NCBI GenBank assembly: GCA_964016885.1
Contig: OZ024742.1
Location: forward strand, 378,448,001 to 378,512,000
Reading direction: 5' to 3'
Source of the DNA: Eledone cirrhosa
Taxonomy: Eukaryota
DNA length: 64,000 nucleotides
Shown here: positions 25,201-37,800 of the stretch, piece after piece
Layout of the letters: each line of letters starts with the position of its first letter
Numbering within the stretch: the first letter of the stretch is position 1
The notes under the pieces: model-generated
What the model saw: the letters and a program-made list of their open reading frames with translations, nothing else
What the model was told of the DNA's origin: nothing
Databases searched by the model: none
Program-made: the position numbers and the translations under genes

Positions 25201-28200
25201 GTCTGTTGTATTAATGTTGTGGTCATTTGTAGCTCTATTGTAGCACTGAGCAGTCTATTGTATTAATGTTGTGGTCATTTGTAGTCTATTGTAGCACTGA
25301 GCAGTCTGTTGTATTAATGTTGTGGTCATTTGTAGCTTTATTGTAGAACTGAGCACTCTATTGTATTAATGTTGTGGTCATTTGCAGCACTATTGTAGCA
25401 CTGAGCCGTGTATTGTAATAGTGTTGTGGTCATTTGTAGCTCTATTGTAGCACTGAGCAATCTATTGTATTAATGTTGTGGTCAGTTGTATTCTATTGTA
25501 GCACTGAGCAGACTATTGTATTAATGTTGTGGTCATTTGTAGTATATTGTAGTTCTGAGCAGTCTATTGTATTGATGTTGTGGTCATTTGTAGTCTATTG
25601 TAGCACTGAGCAGTCTATTGTATTAATGTTTTGGTCATTTGTAGTCTATTGTAGCACTGAGCAGTCTATTATATTAATGTTGTGGTCATTTGTAGTCTAT
25701 TGTAGCACTGAGCAGTCTATTGTATTAGTGTTGTGGTCATTTGTAGCTCTATTGTAGCACTGAGTAGTCTATTGTATTAATGTTGTGGTCAGTTGTAGTC
25801 TATTGTAGCACTGAGCAGTCTATTGTATTAATGTTGTGGTCATTTGTAGCTCTATTGTAGCACTGAGCAGTCTATTGTATTAATGTTGTGGTCATTTGTA
25901 GCTCTATTGTAGCACTGAGCAGTCTATTGTATTAATGTTGTGGTCATTTGTAGCTCTATTGTAGCACCGAGCAGTCTATTGTATTAATGTTGTGGTCATT
26001 TGTAGTCTATTGTAGCACTGAGCAGTATATTGTATTAGTGTTGTGGTCATTTGTAGCTCTATAGTAGCACTGAGCAGTCTATTGTATTAATGTTGTGGTC
26101 AGTTGTAGTCTATTGTAGCACTGAGCAGTCTATTGTATTAATGTTGTGGTCATTTGTAGCTCTATTGTAGCACTGAGCAGTCTATTGTATTAATGTTGTG
26201 GTCATTTGTAGTCTATTGTAGCACTGAGCAGCAGTCTATTGTATTAGTGTTGTGGTCATTTGTAGCTCTATAGTAGCACTGAGCAGTCTATTTTATTAAT
26301 GTTGTGGTCATTTGTAGCTCTATTGTAGCACTGAGCAGTCTATTGTATTAATGTTGTGGTCATTTGTTGTCTATTGTAGCACTGAGCAGTCTATTGTATT
26401 AATGTTGTGGTCATTCGTAGTCTATTGTAGCACTGAGCAGTCTATTGTATTAATGTTGTGGTCATTTGTAGTCTATTGTAGCACTGAACAGTCTATTGTA
26501 TTAATGTTGTGGTCATTTGTAGCTCTATTGTAGCACTGAGCAGTCTATTATATTAATGTTGTGGTCATTTGTAGTCTATTGTAGCACTGAGCAGTCTATT
26601 GTATTAGTGTTGTGGTCATTTGTAGCTCTATTGTAGCACTGAGCAGTCTATTGTATTAATGTTGTGGTCAGTTGTAGTCTATTGTAACACTGATCAGTCT
26701 ATTGTATTAATGTTGTGCTCATTTGTAGCTCTATTGTAGCACTGAGCAGTCTATTGTATTAATTTTGTGGTCATTTGTAGCTCTATTGTAGCACTGAGCA
26801 TTGTATTGTATTAATGTTGTGGTCATTTGTAGTCTATTGTAGCACTGAGCAGTCTATTGTATTAATGTTGTGGTCATTTGTAGCTCTATTGTAGCACTGA
26901 GCAGTCTATTGTATTAATGTTGTGGTCATTTGTAGCTCTATTGTAGCACTGAGCAGTCTATTGTATTAATGTTGTGGTCATTTGTAGTCTATTGTAGCAC
27001 TGAGCAGTCTATTGTATTAGTGTTGTGGTCATTTGTAGCTCTATAGTAGCACTGAGCAGTCTATTTTATTAATGTTGTGGTCAGTTGTAGTCTATTGTAG
27101 CACTGAGCAGTCTATTGTATTAATGTTGTGGTCATTTGTAGCTCTATTGTAGCACTGAGCAGTCTATTGTATTAATGCTGTGGTCAGTTATATTCTATTG
27201 TAGCACTGAGCAGAATATTGTATTAATGTTGTGGTCATTTGTAGTCTATTGTAGTACTGAGCAGTCTATTTTATTAATGTTGTGGTCATTTGTAGCTCTA
27301 TTGTAGCACTGAGCATTGTATTGTATTAATGTTGTGGTCATTTGTAGTCTATTGTAGCACTGAGCAGTCTATTGTATTAATGTTGTGGTCATTTGTAGTT
27401 CTATTGTAGCACTGAGCAGTCTATTGAATTAATGTTGTGGTCATTTGTAGCTCTATTGTAGCAATGAGCAGTCTATTGTATTAATGTTGTGGTCATTTGT
27501 AGTCTATTGTAGCACTGAGCAGTCTGTTGTATTAATTTTGTGGTCATTTGTAGCTCTATTGTAGCACTGAGCAGTCTATTGTATTAATGTTGTGGTCATT
27601 TGTAGTCTATTGTAGCACTGAGCAGTCTGTTGTATTAATGTTGTGGTCATTTGTAGCTTTATTGTAGAACTGAGCACTCTATTGTATTAATGTTGTGGTC
27701 ATTTGCAGCTCTATTGTAGCACTGAGCCGTGTATTGTAATAGTGTTGTGGTCATTTGTAGTCTATTGTAGCACTGAGCAGTCTATTGTATTAATGTTGTG
27801 GTCATTTGTAGTCTATTGTAGCACTGAGCAGTCTATTGTATTAATGTTGTGGTCATTTGTAGCTCTATTGTAGCACTGAGCAGTCTATTTTATTAATGTT
27901 GTGGTCATTTGTAGTCGATTGTAGCACTGAGCAGTCTATTGTATTAGTGCTGTGGTCATTTGTCGCTCTATTGTAGCACTGAGCAGTCTATTGTATTAAT
28001 GTTGTGGTCAGTTGTAGTCTATTGTAGCACTGAGCAGTCTATTGTATTAATGTTGTGGTCATTTGTAGCTCTATTGTAGCACTGAGCAGTCTATTGTATT
28101 AATGTTGTGGTCATTTGTAGCTCTATTGTAGCACTGAGCATTGTATTGTATTAATGTTGTGGTCATTTGTAGTCTATTGTAGCACTGAGCAGTCTATTGT

Positions 28201-31200
28201 ATTAATGTTGTGGTCATTTGTAGCTCTATTGTAGCTATGAGCAGTCTATTGTATTAATGTTGTGGTCATTTGTAGCTCTATTGTAGCACTGAGCAGTCTA
28301 TTGTATTAATGTTGTGGTCATTTGTAGTCTATTGTAGCACTGAGCAGTCTATTGTATTAGTGTTGTGGTCATTTGTAGCTCTATAGTAGCACTGAGCAGT
28401 CTATTGTATTAATGTTGTGGTCAGTTGTATTCTATTGTAGCACTGAGCAGACTATTGTATTAATGTTGTGGTCATTTGTAGTATATTGTAGTTCTGAGCA
28501 GTCTATTGTATTGATGTTGTGGTCATTTGTAGTCTATTGTAGCACTGAGCAGTCTATTGTATTAATGTTGTGGTCATTTGTAGTCTATTGTAGCACTAAG
28601 CAGTCTATTGTATTAATGTTGTGGTCATTTGTAGCTCTATTGTAGCACTGAGCAGTCTATTATATTAATGTTGTGGTCATTTGGAGTCTATTGTAGCACT
28701 GAGCAGTCTATTGTATTAGTGTTTTGGTCATTTGTAGCTCTATTGTAGCACTGAGCAGTCTATTGTATTAATGTTGTGGTCAGTTCTAGTCTATTGTAGC
28801 ACTGAGCAGTCTATTGTATTAATGTTGTGGTCATTTGTAGCTCTATTGTAGCACTGAGCAGTCTATTGTATTAATGTTGTGGTCATTTGTAGCTCTATTG
28901 TAGCACTGAGCATTGTATTGTATTAATGTTGTGGTTATCTATAGTCTATTGTAGCACTGAGCAGTCTATTGTATTAAAGTTGTGGTCATTTGTAGCTCTA
29001 TTGTAGCACTGAGCAGTCTATTGTATTAATGTTGTGGTCATTTGTAGCTCTATTGTAGCACTGAGCAGTCTATTGTATTAATGTTGTGGTCATTTGTAGT
29101 CTATTGTAGCACTGAGCAGTCTATTGTATTAGTGTTGTGGTCATTTGTAGCTCTATAGTAGCACTGAGCAGTCTATTGTATTAATGTTGTGGTCAGTTGT
29201 AGTCTATTGTAGCACTGAGCAGTCTATTGTATTAATGTTGTGGTCAGTTGTAGCTCTATTGTAGCACTGAGCAGTCTATTGTATTAATGTTGTGGTCAAT
29301 TGTATTCTATTGTAGCACTGAGCAGACTATTGTATTAATGTTGTGGTCATATGTAGTCTATTGTAGCACTGAGCAGTCTATTGTATTAGTGTTGTGGTCA
29401 TTTGTAGTCTATTGTAGCACTGAGCAGTCTATTGTATTAATGCTGTGGTCAGTTATATTCTATTGTAGCACTGAGCAGACTATTGTATTAATGTTGTGGA
29501 CATTTGTAGTCTATTGTAGTACTGAGCAGTCTATTTTATTAATGTTGTGGTCATTTGTAGCTCTATTGTAGCACTGAGCATTGTATTGTATTAATGTTGT
29601 GGTCATTTGTAATCTATTGTAGCACTGAGCAGTCTATTGTATTAATGTTGTGGTCATTTGTAGTTCTATTGTAGCACTGAGCAGTCTATTGTATTAATGT
29701 TGTGGTCATTTGTAGTCTATTGTAGCACTGAGCAGTCTATTGTATTAATGTTGTGGTCATTTGTAGTCTATTGTAGCACTGAGCAGTGTATTGTATTAAT
29801 GTTGTGGTCATTTGTAGCTCTATTGTAGCACTGAGCATTGTATTGTATTAATGTTGTGGTCATTTGTAGTCTATTGTAGCACTGAGTAGTCTATTGTATT
29901 AATGTTGTGGTCATTTGTAGTTCTATTGTAGCACTGAGCAGTCTATTGTATTAATGTTGTGGTAATTTGTAGTCTATTGTAGCACTGAGCAGTGTATTGT
30001 ATTAATGTTGTGGTAATTAGTAGTCTATTGTAGCACTGAGCAGTGTATTGTATTAATATTGTGGTCATTTGTAGTCTATTGTAGCACTGAGCAGTCTATT
30101 TTATTAATGTTGTGGTCCTTTGTAGTCTATTGTAGCACTGAGCAGTCTATTGAATTAATGTTGTGGTCATTTGTAGCTCTATTGTAGCACTGAGCAGTCT
30201 ATTGTATTAATGTTGTGGTCATTTGTAGTCTATTGTAGCACTGAGCAGTCTGTTGTATTAATGTTGTGGTCATTTGTAGCTCTATTGTAGCACTGAGCAG
30301 TCTATTGTATTAATGTTGTGGTCATTTGTAGTCTATTGTAGCACTGAGCAGTCTGTTGTATTAATGTTGTGGTCATTTGTAGCTTTATTGTAGAACTGAG
30401 CACTCTATTGTATTAATGTTGTGGTTATTTGCAGCTCTATTGTAGCACTGAGCCGTGTATTGTAATAGTGTTGTGGTCATTTGTAGCTCTATTGTAGCAC
30501 TGAGCAATCTATTGTATTAATGTTGTGGTCAGTTGTATTCTATTGTAGCACTGAGCAGACTATTGTATTAATGTTGTGGTCATTTGTAGTATATTGTAGT
30601 TCTGAGCAGTCTATTGTATTGATGTTGTGGTCATTTGTAGTCTATTGTAGCACTGAGCAGTCTATTGTATTAATGTTTTGGTCATTTGTAGTCTATTGTA
30701 GCACTGAGCAGTCTATTGTATTGATGTTGTGGTCATCCGTAGTCTATTGTAACACTGAGCAGTCTATTGTATTAATGTTGTGGTTATTTGTAGCTCTATT
30801 GTAGCACTGAGCAGTCTATTATATTAATGTTGTGGTCATTTGTAGTCTATTGTAGCACTGAGCAGTCTATTGTATTAGTGTTGTGGTCATTTGTAGCTCT
30901 ATTGTAGCACTGAGCAGTCTATTGTATTAATGTTGTGGTCAGTTGTAGTCTATTGTAGCACTGAGCAGTCTATTGTATTAATGTTGTGGTCATTTGTAGC
31001 TCTATTGTAGCACTGAGCAGTCTATTGTATTAATGTTGTGGTCATTTGTAGCTCTATTGTAGCACCGAGCAGTCTATTGTATTAATGTTGTGGTCATTTG
31101 TAGTCTATTGTAGCACTGAGCAGTATATTGTATTAGTGTTGTGGTCATTTGTAGCTCTATAGTAGCACTGAGCAGTCTATTGTATTAGTGTTGTGGTCAT

Positions 31201-31650
31201 TTGTAGCTCTATAGTAGCACTGAGCAGTCTATTGTATTAATGTTGTGGTCATTTGTAGCTCTATTGTAGCACTGAGCATTGTATTGTATTAATGTTGTGG
31301 TCATTTGTTGTTAATTGTAGCACTGAGCAGTCTATTGTATTAATGTTGTGGTCATTTGTAGTCTATTGTAGAACTGAGCAGTCTATTGTATTAATGTTGT
31401 GGTCATTCGTAGTCTATTGTAGCACTGAGCAGTCTATTGTATTAATGTTGTGGTCATTTGTAGTCTATTGTAGCACTGAACAGTCTATTGTATTAATGTT
31501 GTGGTCATTTGTAGCTCTATTGTAGCACTGAGCAGTCTATTATATTAATGTTGTGGTCATTTGTAGTCTATTGTAGCACTGAGCAGTCTATTGTATTAGT
31601 GTTGTGGTCATTTGTAGCTCTATTGTAGCACTGAGCAGTCTATTGTATTA
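14700..31650 (+). repeat. Large near-tandem duplication, offset 9064 bp (9013 bp distal to a one-monomer difference)
   Basis: ORF pairs 16409/25473, 17287/26351, 19348/28412 and 20223/29287 are offset by 9064. Pairs 21507/30520 and 22279/31292 are offset by 9013. Private markers such as GGTTATCTATAG (~19870/28934) and TTGTTGTTAATT are shared. Confidence 0.92.
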
Positions 31651-31804
31651 ATGTTGTGGTCAGTTGTAGTCTATTGTATTAATGTTGTGGTCATTTGTAG
31701 CTCTATTGTAGCACTGAGCAGTCTATTGTATTAATGTTGTGGTCATTTGTAGCTCTATTGTAGCACTGAGCATTGTATTGTATTAATGTTGTGGTCATTT
31801 GTAG

Positions 31805-34800
31805 TCTATTGTAGCACTGAGCAGTCTATTGTATTAATGTTGTGGTCAGTTGTAGTCTATTGTAGCACTGAGCAGTCTATTGTATTAATGTTGTGGTCAG
31901 TTGTAGTTCTATTGTAGCACTGAGCAGTCTATTGTATTAATGTTGTGGTCAATTCTATTCTATTGTAGCACTGAGCAGACTATTGTATTAATGTTGTGGT
32001 CATATGTAGTCTATTGTAGCACTGAGCAGTCTATTGTATTAGTGTTGTGGTCATTTGTAGTCTATTGTAGCACTGAGCAGTCTATTGTATTAATGCTGTG
32101 GTCAGTTATATTCTATTGTAGCACTGAGCAGACTATTGTATTAATGTTGTGGTCATTTGTAGTCTATTGTAGTACTGAGCAGTCTATTTTATTAATGTTG
32201 TGGTCATTTGTAGCTCTATTGTAGCACTGAGCATTGTATGGTATTAATGTTGTGGTCATTTGTAGTCTATTGTAGCACTGAGCAGTCTATTGTATTAATG
32301 TTGTGGTCATTTGTAGTTCTATTGTAGCACTGAGCAGTCTATTGTATTAATGTTGTGGTCATTTGTAGTCTATTGTAGCACTGAGCAGTCTATTGTATTA
32401 ATGTTGTGGTCATTTGTAGTCTATTGTAGCACTGAGCAGTGTATTGTATTAATGTTGTGGTCATTTGTAGCTCTATTGTAGCACTGAGCATTGTATTGTA
32501 TTAATGTTGTGGTCATTTGTAGTCTATTGTAGCACTGAGCAGTCTATTGTATTAATGTTGTGGTCATTTGTAGTCTATTGTAGCACTGAGCAGTCTATTG
32601 TATTAATGTTTTGGTCATTTGTAGTATATTGTAGCACTGAGCAGTCTATTGTATTGATGTTGTGGTCATCCGTAGTCTATTGTAACATCAGCAGTCTATT
32701 GTATTAATGTTGTGGTTATTTGTAGCTCTATTGTAGCACTGAGCAGTCTATTATATTAATGTTGTGGTCATTTGTAGTCTATTGTAGCACTGAGCAGTCT
32801 ATTGTATTAGTGTTGTGGTCATTTGTAGCTCTATTGTAGCACTGAGCAGTCTATTGTATTAATGTTGTGGTCAGTTGTAGTCTATTGTAGCACTGAGCAG
32901 TCTATTGTATTAATGTTGTGGTCATTTGTAGCTCTATTGTAGCACTGAGCAGTCTATTGTATTAATGTTGTGGTCATTTGTAGCTCTATTGTAGCACTGA
33001 GCAGTCTATTGTATTAATGTTGTGGTCATTTGTAGCTCTATTGTAGCACCGAGCAGTCTATTGTATTAATGTTGTGGTCATTTGTAGTCTATTGTAGCAC
33101 TGAGCAGTATATTGTATTAGTGTTGTGGTCATTTGTAGCTCTATAGTAGCACTGAGCAGTCTATTGTATTAGTGTTGTGGTCATTTGTAGCTCTATAGTA
33201 GCACTGAGCAGTCTATTGTATTAATGTTGTGGTCATTTGTAGCTCTATTGTAGCACTGAGCATTGTATTGTATTAATGTTGTGGTCATTTGTTGTCTATT
33301 GTAGCACTGAGCAGTCTATTGTATTAATGTTGTGGTCATTTGTAGTCTATTGTAGAACTGAGCAGTCTATTGTATTAATGTTGTGGTCATTCGTAGTCTA
33401 TTGTAGCACTGAGCAGTCTATTGTATTAATGTTGTGGTCATTTGTAGTCTATTGTAGCACTGAACAGTCTATTGTATTAATGTTGTGGTCATTTGTAGCT
33501 CTATTGTAGCACTGAGCAGTCTATAATATTAATGTTGTGGTCATTTGTAGTCTGTTGTAGCACTGAGCAGTCTATTGTATTAGTGTTGTGGTCATTTGTA
33601 GCTCTATTGTAGCACTGAGCAGTCTATTGTATTAATGTTGTGTTCAGTTGTAGTCTATTGTAGCACTGAGCAGTCTATTGTATTAATGTTGTGGTCATTT
33701 GTAGCTCTATTGTAGCACTGAGCAGTCTATTGTATTAATTTTGTGGTCATTTGTAGCTCTATTGTAGCACTGAGCATTGTATTGTATTAATGTTGTGGTC
33801 ATTTGTAGTCTATTGTAGCACTGAGCAGTCTATTGTATTAATGTTGTGGTCAGTTGTAGTCTATTGTAGCACTGAGCAGTCTATTGTATTAATGTTGTGG
33901 TCAGTTGTAGTTCTATTGTAGCACTGAGCAGTCTATTGTATTAATGTTGTGGTCAATTGTATTCTATTGTAGCACTGAGCAGACTATTGTATTAATGTTG
34001 TGGTCATATGTAGTCTATTGTAGCACTGAGCAGTGTATTGTATTAGTGTTGTGGTCATTTGTAGTCTATTGTAGCACTGAGCAGTCTATTGTATTAATGC
34101 TGTGGTCAGTTATATTCTATTGTAGCATTGAGCAGACTATTGTATTAATGTTGTGGTCATTTGTATTCTATTGTAGTACTGAGCAGTCTATTTTATTAAT
34201 GTTGTGGTCATTTGTAGCTCTATTGTAGCACTGAGCATTGTATTGTATTAATGTTGTGGTCATTTGTAGTCTATTGTAGCACTGAGCAGTCTATTGTATT
34301 AATGTTGTGGTCATTTGTAGTTCTATTGTAGCACTGAGCAGTCTATTGTATTAATGTTGTGGTCATTTGTAGTCTATTGTAGCACTGAGCAGTCTATTGT
34401 ATTAATGTTGTGGTCATTTGTAGTCTATTGTAGCACTGAGCAGTGTATTGTATTAATGTTGTGGTCATTTGTAGCTCTATTGTAGCACTGAGCATTGTAT
34501 TGTATTAATGTTGTGGTCATTTGTAGCCTATTGTAGCACTGAGCAGTCTATTGTATTAATGTTGTGGTCATTTGTAGTTCTATTGTAGCACTGAGCAGTC
34601 TATTGTATTAATGTTGTGGTAATTAGTAGTCTATTGTAGCACTGAGCAGTGTATTGTATTAATATTGTGGTCATTTGTAGTCTATTGTAGCACTGAGCAG
34701 TCTATTTTATTAATGTTGTGGTCATTTGTAGTCTATTGTAGCACTGAGCAGTCTATTGAATTAATGTTGTGGTCATTTGTAGCTCTATTGTAGCACTGAG

Positions 34801-37800
34801 CAGTCTATTGTATTAATGTTGTGGTCATTTGTAGTCTATTGTAGCACTGAGCAGTCTGTTGTATTAATGTTGTGGTCATTTGTAGCTCTATTGTAGCACT
34901 GAGCAGTCTGTTGTATTAATGTTGTGGTCATTTGTAGCTTTATTGTAGAACTGAGCACTCTATTGTATTAATGTTGTGGTCATTTGCAGCTCTATTGTAG
35001 CACTGAGCAGTCTATTGTATTAATGTTTTGGTCATTTGTAGTCTATTGTAGCACTGAGCAGTCTATTGTATTGATGTTGTGGTCATCCGTAGTCTATTGT
35101 AACACTGAGCAGTCTATTGTATTAATGTTGTGGTTATTTGTAGCTCTATTGTAGCACTGAGCAGTCTATTATATTAATGTTGTGGTCATTTGTAGTCTAT
35201 TGTAGCACTGAGCAGTCTATTGTATTAGTGTTGTGGTCATTTGTAGCTCTATTGTAGCACTGAGCAGTCTATTGTATTAATGTTGTGGTCAGTTGTAGTC
35301 TATTGTAGCACTGAGCAGTCTATTGTATTAATGTTGTGGTCATTTGTAGCTCTATTGTAGCACTGAGCAGTCTATTGTATTAATGTTGTGGTCATTTGTA
35401 GCTCTATTGTAGCACTGAGCAGTCTATTGTATTAATGTTGTGGTCATTTGTAGCTCTATTGTAGCACCGAGCAGTCTATTGTATTAATGTTGTGGTCATT
35501 TGTAGTCTATTGTAGCAATGAGCAGTATATTGTATTAATGTTGTGGTCATTTGTAGCTCTATTGTAGCACTGAGCATTGTATTGTATTAATGTTGTGGTC
35601 ATTTGTTGTCTATTGTAGCACTGAGCAGTCTATTGTATTAATGTTGTGGTCATTTGTAGTCTATTGTAGAACTGAGCAGTCTATTGTATTAATGTTGTGG
35701 TCATTCGTAGTCTATTGTAGCACTGAGCAGTCTATTGTATTAATGTTGTGGTCATTTGTAGTCTATTGTAGCACTGAACAGTCTATTGTATTAATGTTGT
35801 GGTCATTTGTAGCTCTATTGTAGCACTGAGCAGTCTATTATATTAATGTTGTGGTCATTTGTAGTCTATTGTAGCACTGAGCAGTCTATTGTATTAGTGT
35901 TGTGGTCATTTGTAGCTCTATTGTAGCACTGAGCAGTCTATTGTATTAATGTTGTGGTCAGTTGTAGTCTATTGTAGCACTGAGCAGTCTATTGTATTAA
36001 TGTTGTGGTCATTTGTAGCTCTATTGTAGCACTGAGCAGTCTATTGTATTAATTTTGTGGTCATTTGTAGCTCTATTGTAGCACTGAGCATTGTATTGTA
36101 TTAATGTTGTGGTCATTTGTAGTCTATTGTAGCACTGAGCAGTCTATTGTATTAATGTTGTGGTCATTTGTAGCTCTATTGTAGCACTGAGCAGTCTATT
36201 GTATTAATGTTGTGGTCATTTGTAGCTCTATTGTAGCACTGAGCATTGTATTGTATTAATGTTGTGGTCATTTGTAGTCTATTGTAGCACTGAGCAGTCA
36301 ATTGTATTAATGTTGTGGTCATTTGTAGTCTATTGTAGCACTGAGCACTCTGTTGTATTAATGTTGTGGTCATTTGTAGCTTTATTGAAGAACTGAGCAC
36401 TCTATTGTATTAATGTTGTGGTCATTTGCAGCTCTATTGTAGCACTGAGCCGTGTATTGTAATAGTGTTGTGGTCATTTGTAGCTCTATTGTAGCACTGA
36501 GCAATCTATTGTATTAATGTTGTGGTCAGTTGTATTCTATTGTAGCACTGAGCATACTATTTTATTAATGTTGTGGTCATTTGTAGTATATTGTAGTTCT
36601 GAGCAGTCTATTGTATTGATGTTGTGGTCATTTGTAGTCTATTGTAGCACTGCGCAGTCTATTGTATTAATGTTTTGGTCATTTGTAGTCTATTGTAGCA
36701 CTGAGCAGTCTATTGTATTGATGTTGTGGTCATCCGTAGTCTATTGTAACACTGAGCAGTCTATTGTATTAATGTTGTGGTTATTTGTAGCTCTATTGTA
36801 GCACTGAGCAGTCTATTATATTAATGTTGTGGTCATTTGTAGTCTATTGTAGCACTGAGCAGTCTATTGTATTAGTGTTGTGGTCATTTATAGCTCTATT
36901 GTAGCACTGAGCAGTCTATTGTATTAATGTTGTGGTCAGTTGTAGTCTATTGTAGCACTGAGCAGTCTATTGTATTAATGTTGTGGTCATTTGTAGCTCT
37001 ATTGTAGCACTGAGCAGTCTATTGTATTAATGTTGTGGTCATTTGTAGCTCTATTGTAGCACAGAGCAGTCTATTGTATTAATGTTGTGGTCATTTGTAG
37101 CTCTATTGTAGCACCGAGCAGTATATTGTATTAATGTTGTGGTCATTTGTAGTCTATTGTAGCACTGAGCAGTCTATTGTATTAATGTTGTGGTCAGTTG
37201 TAGTCTATTGTAGCACTGAGCAGTCTATTGTATTAATGTTGTGGTCATTTGTAGCTCTATTGTAGCACTGAGCAGTCTATTGTATTAATGTTGTGGTCAT
37301 TTGTATGTCTATTGTAGCACTGAGCAGTCTATTGTATTAGTGTTGTGGTCATTTGTAGCTCTATAGTAGCACTGAGCAGTCTATTGTATTAATGTTGTGG
37401 TCATTTGTAGCTCTATTGTAGCACTGAGCATTGTATTGTATTAATGTTGTGGTCATTTGTTGTCTATTGTAGCACTGAGCAGTCTATTGTATTAATGTTG
37501 TGGTCATTTGTAGTCTATTGTAGAACTGAGCAGTCTATTGTATAAATGTTGTGGTCATTCGTAGTCTATTGTAGCACTGAGCAGTCTATTGTATTAATGT
37601 TGTGGTCATTTGTAGTCTATTGTAGCACTGAACAGTCTATTGTATTAATGTTGTGGTCATTTGTAGCTCTATTGTAGCACTGAGCAGTCTATTATATTAA
37701 TGTTGTGGTCATTTGTAGTCTATTGTAGCACTGAGCAGTCTATTGTATTAGTGTTGTGGTCATTTGTAGCTCTATTGTAGCACTGAGCAGTCTATTGTAT

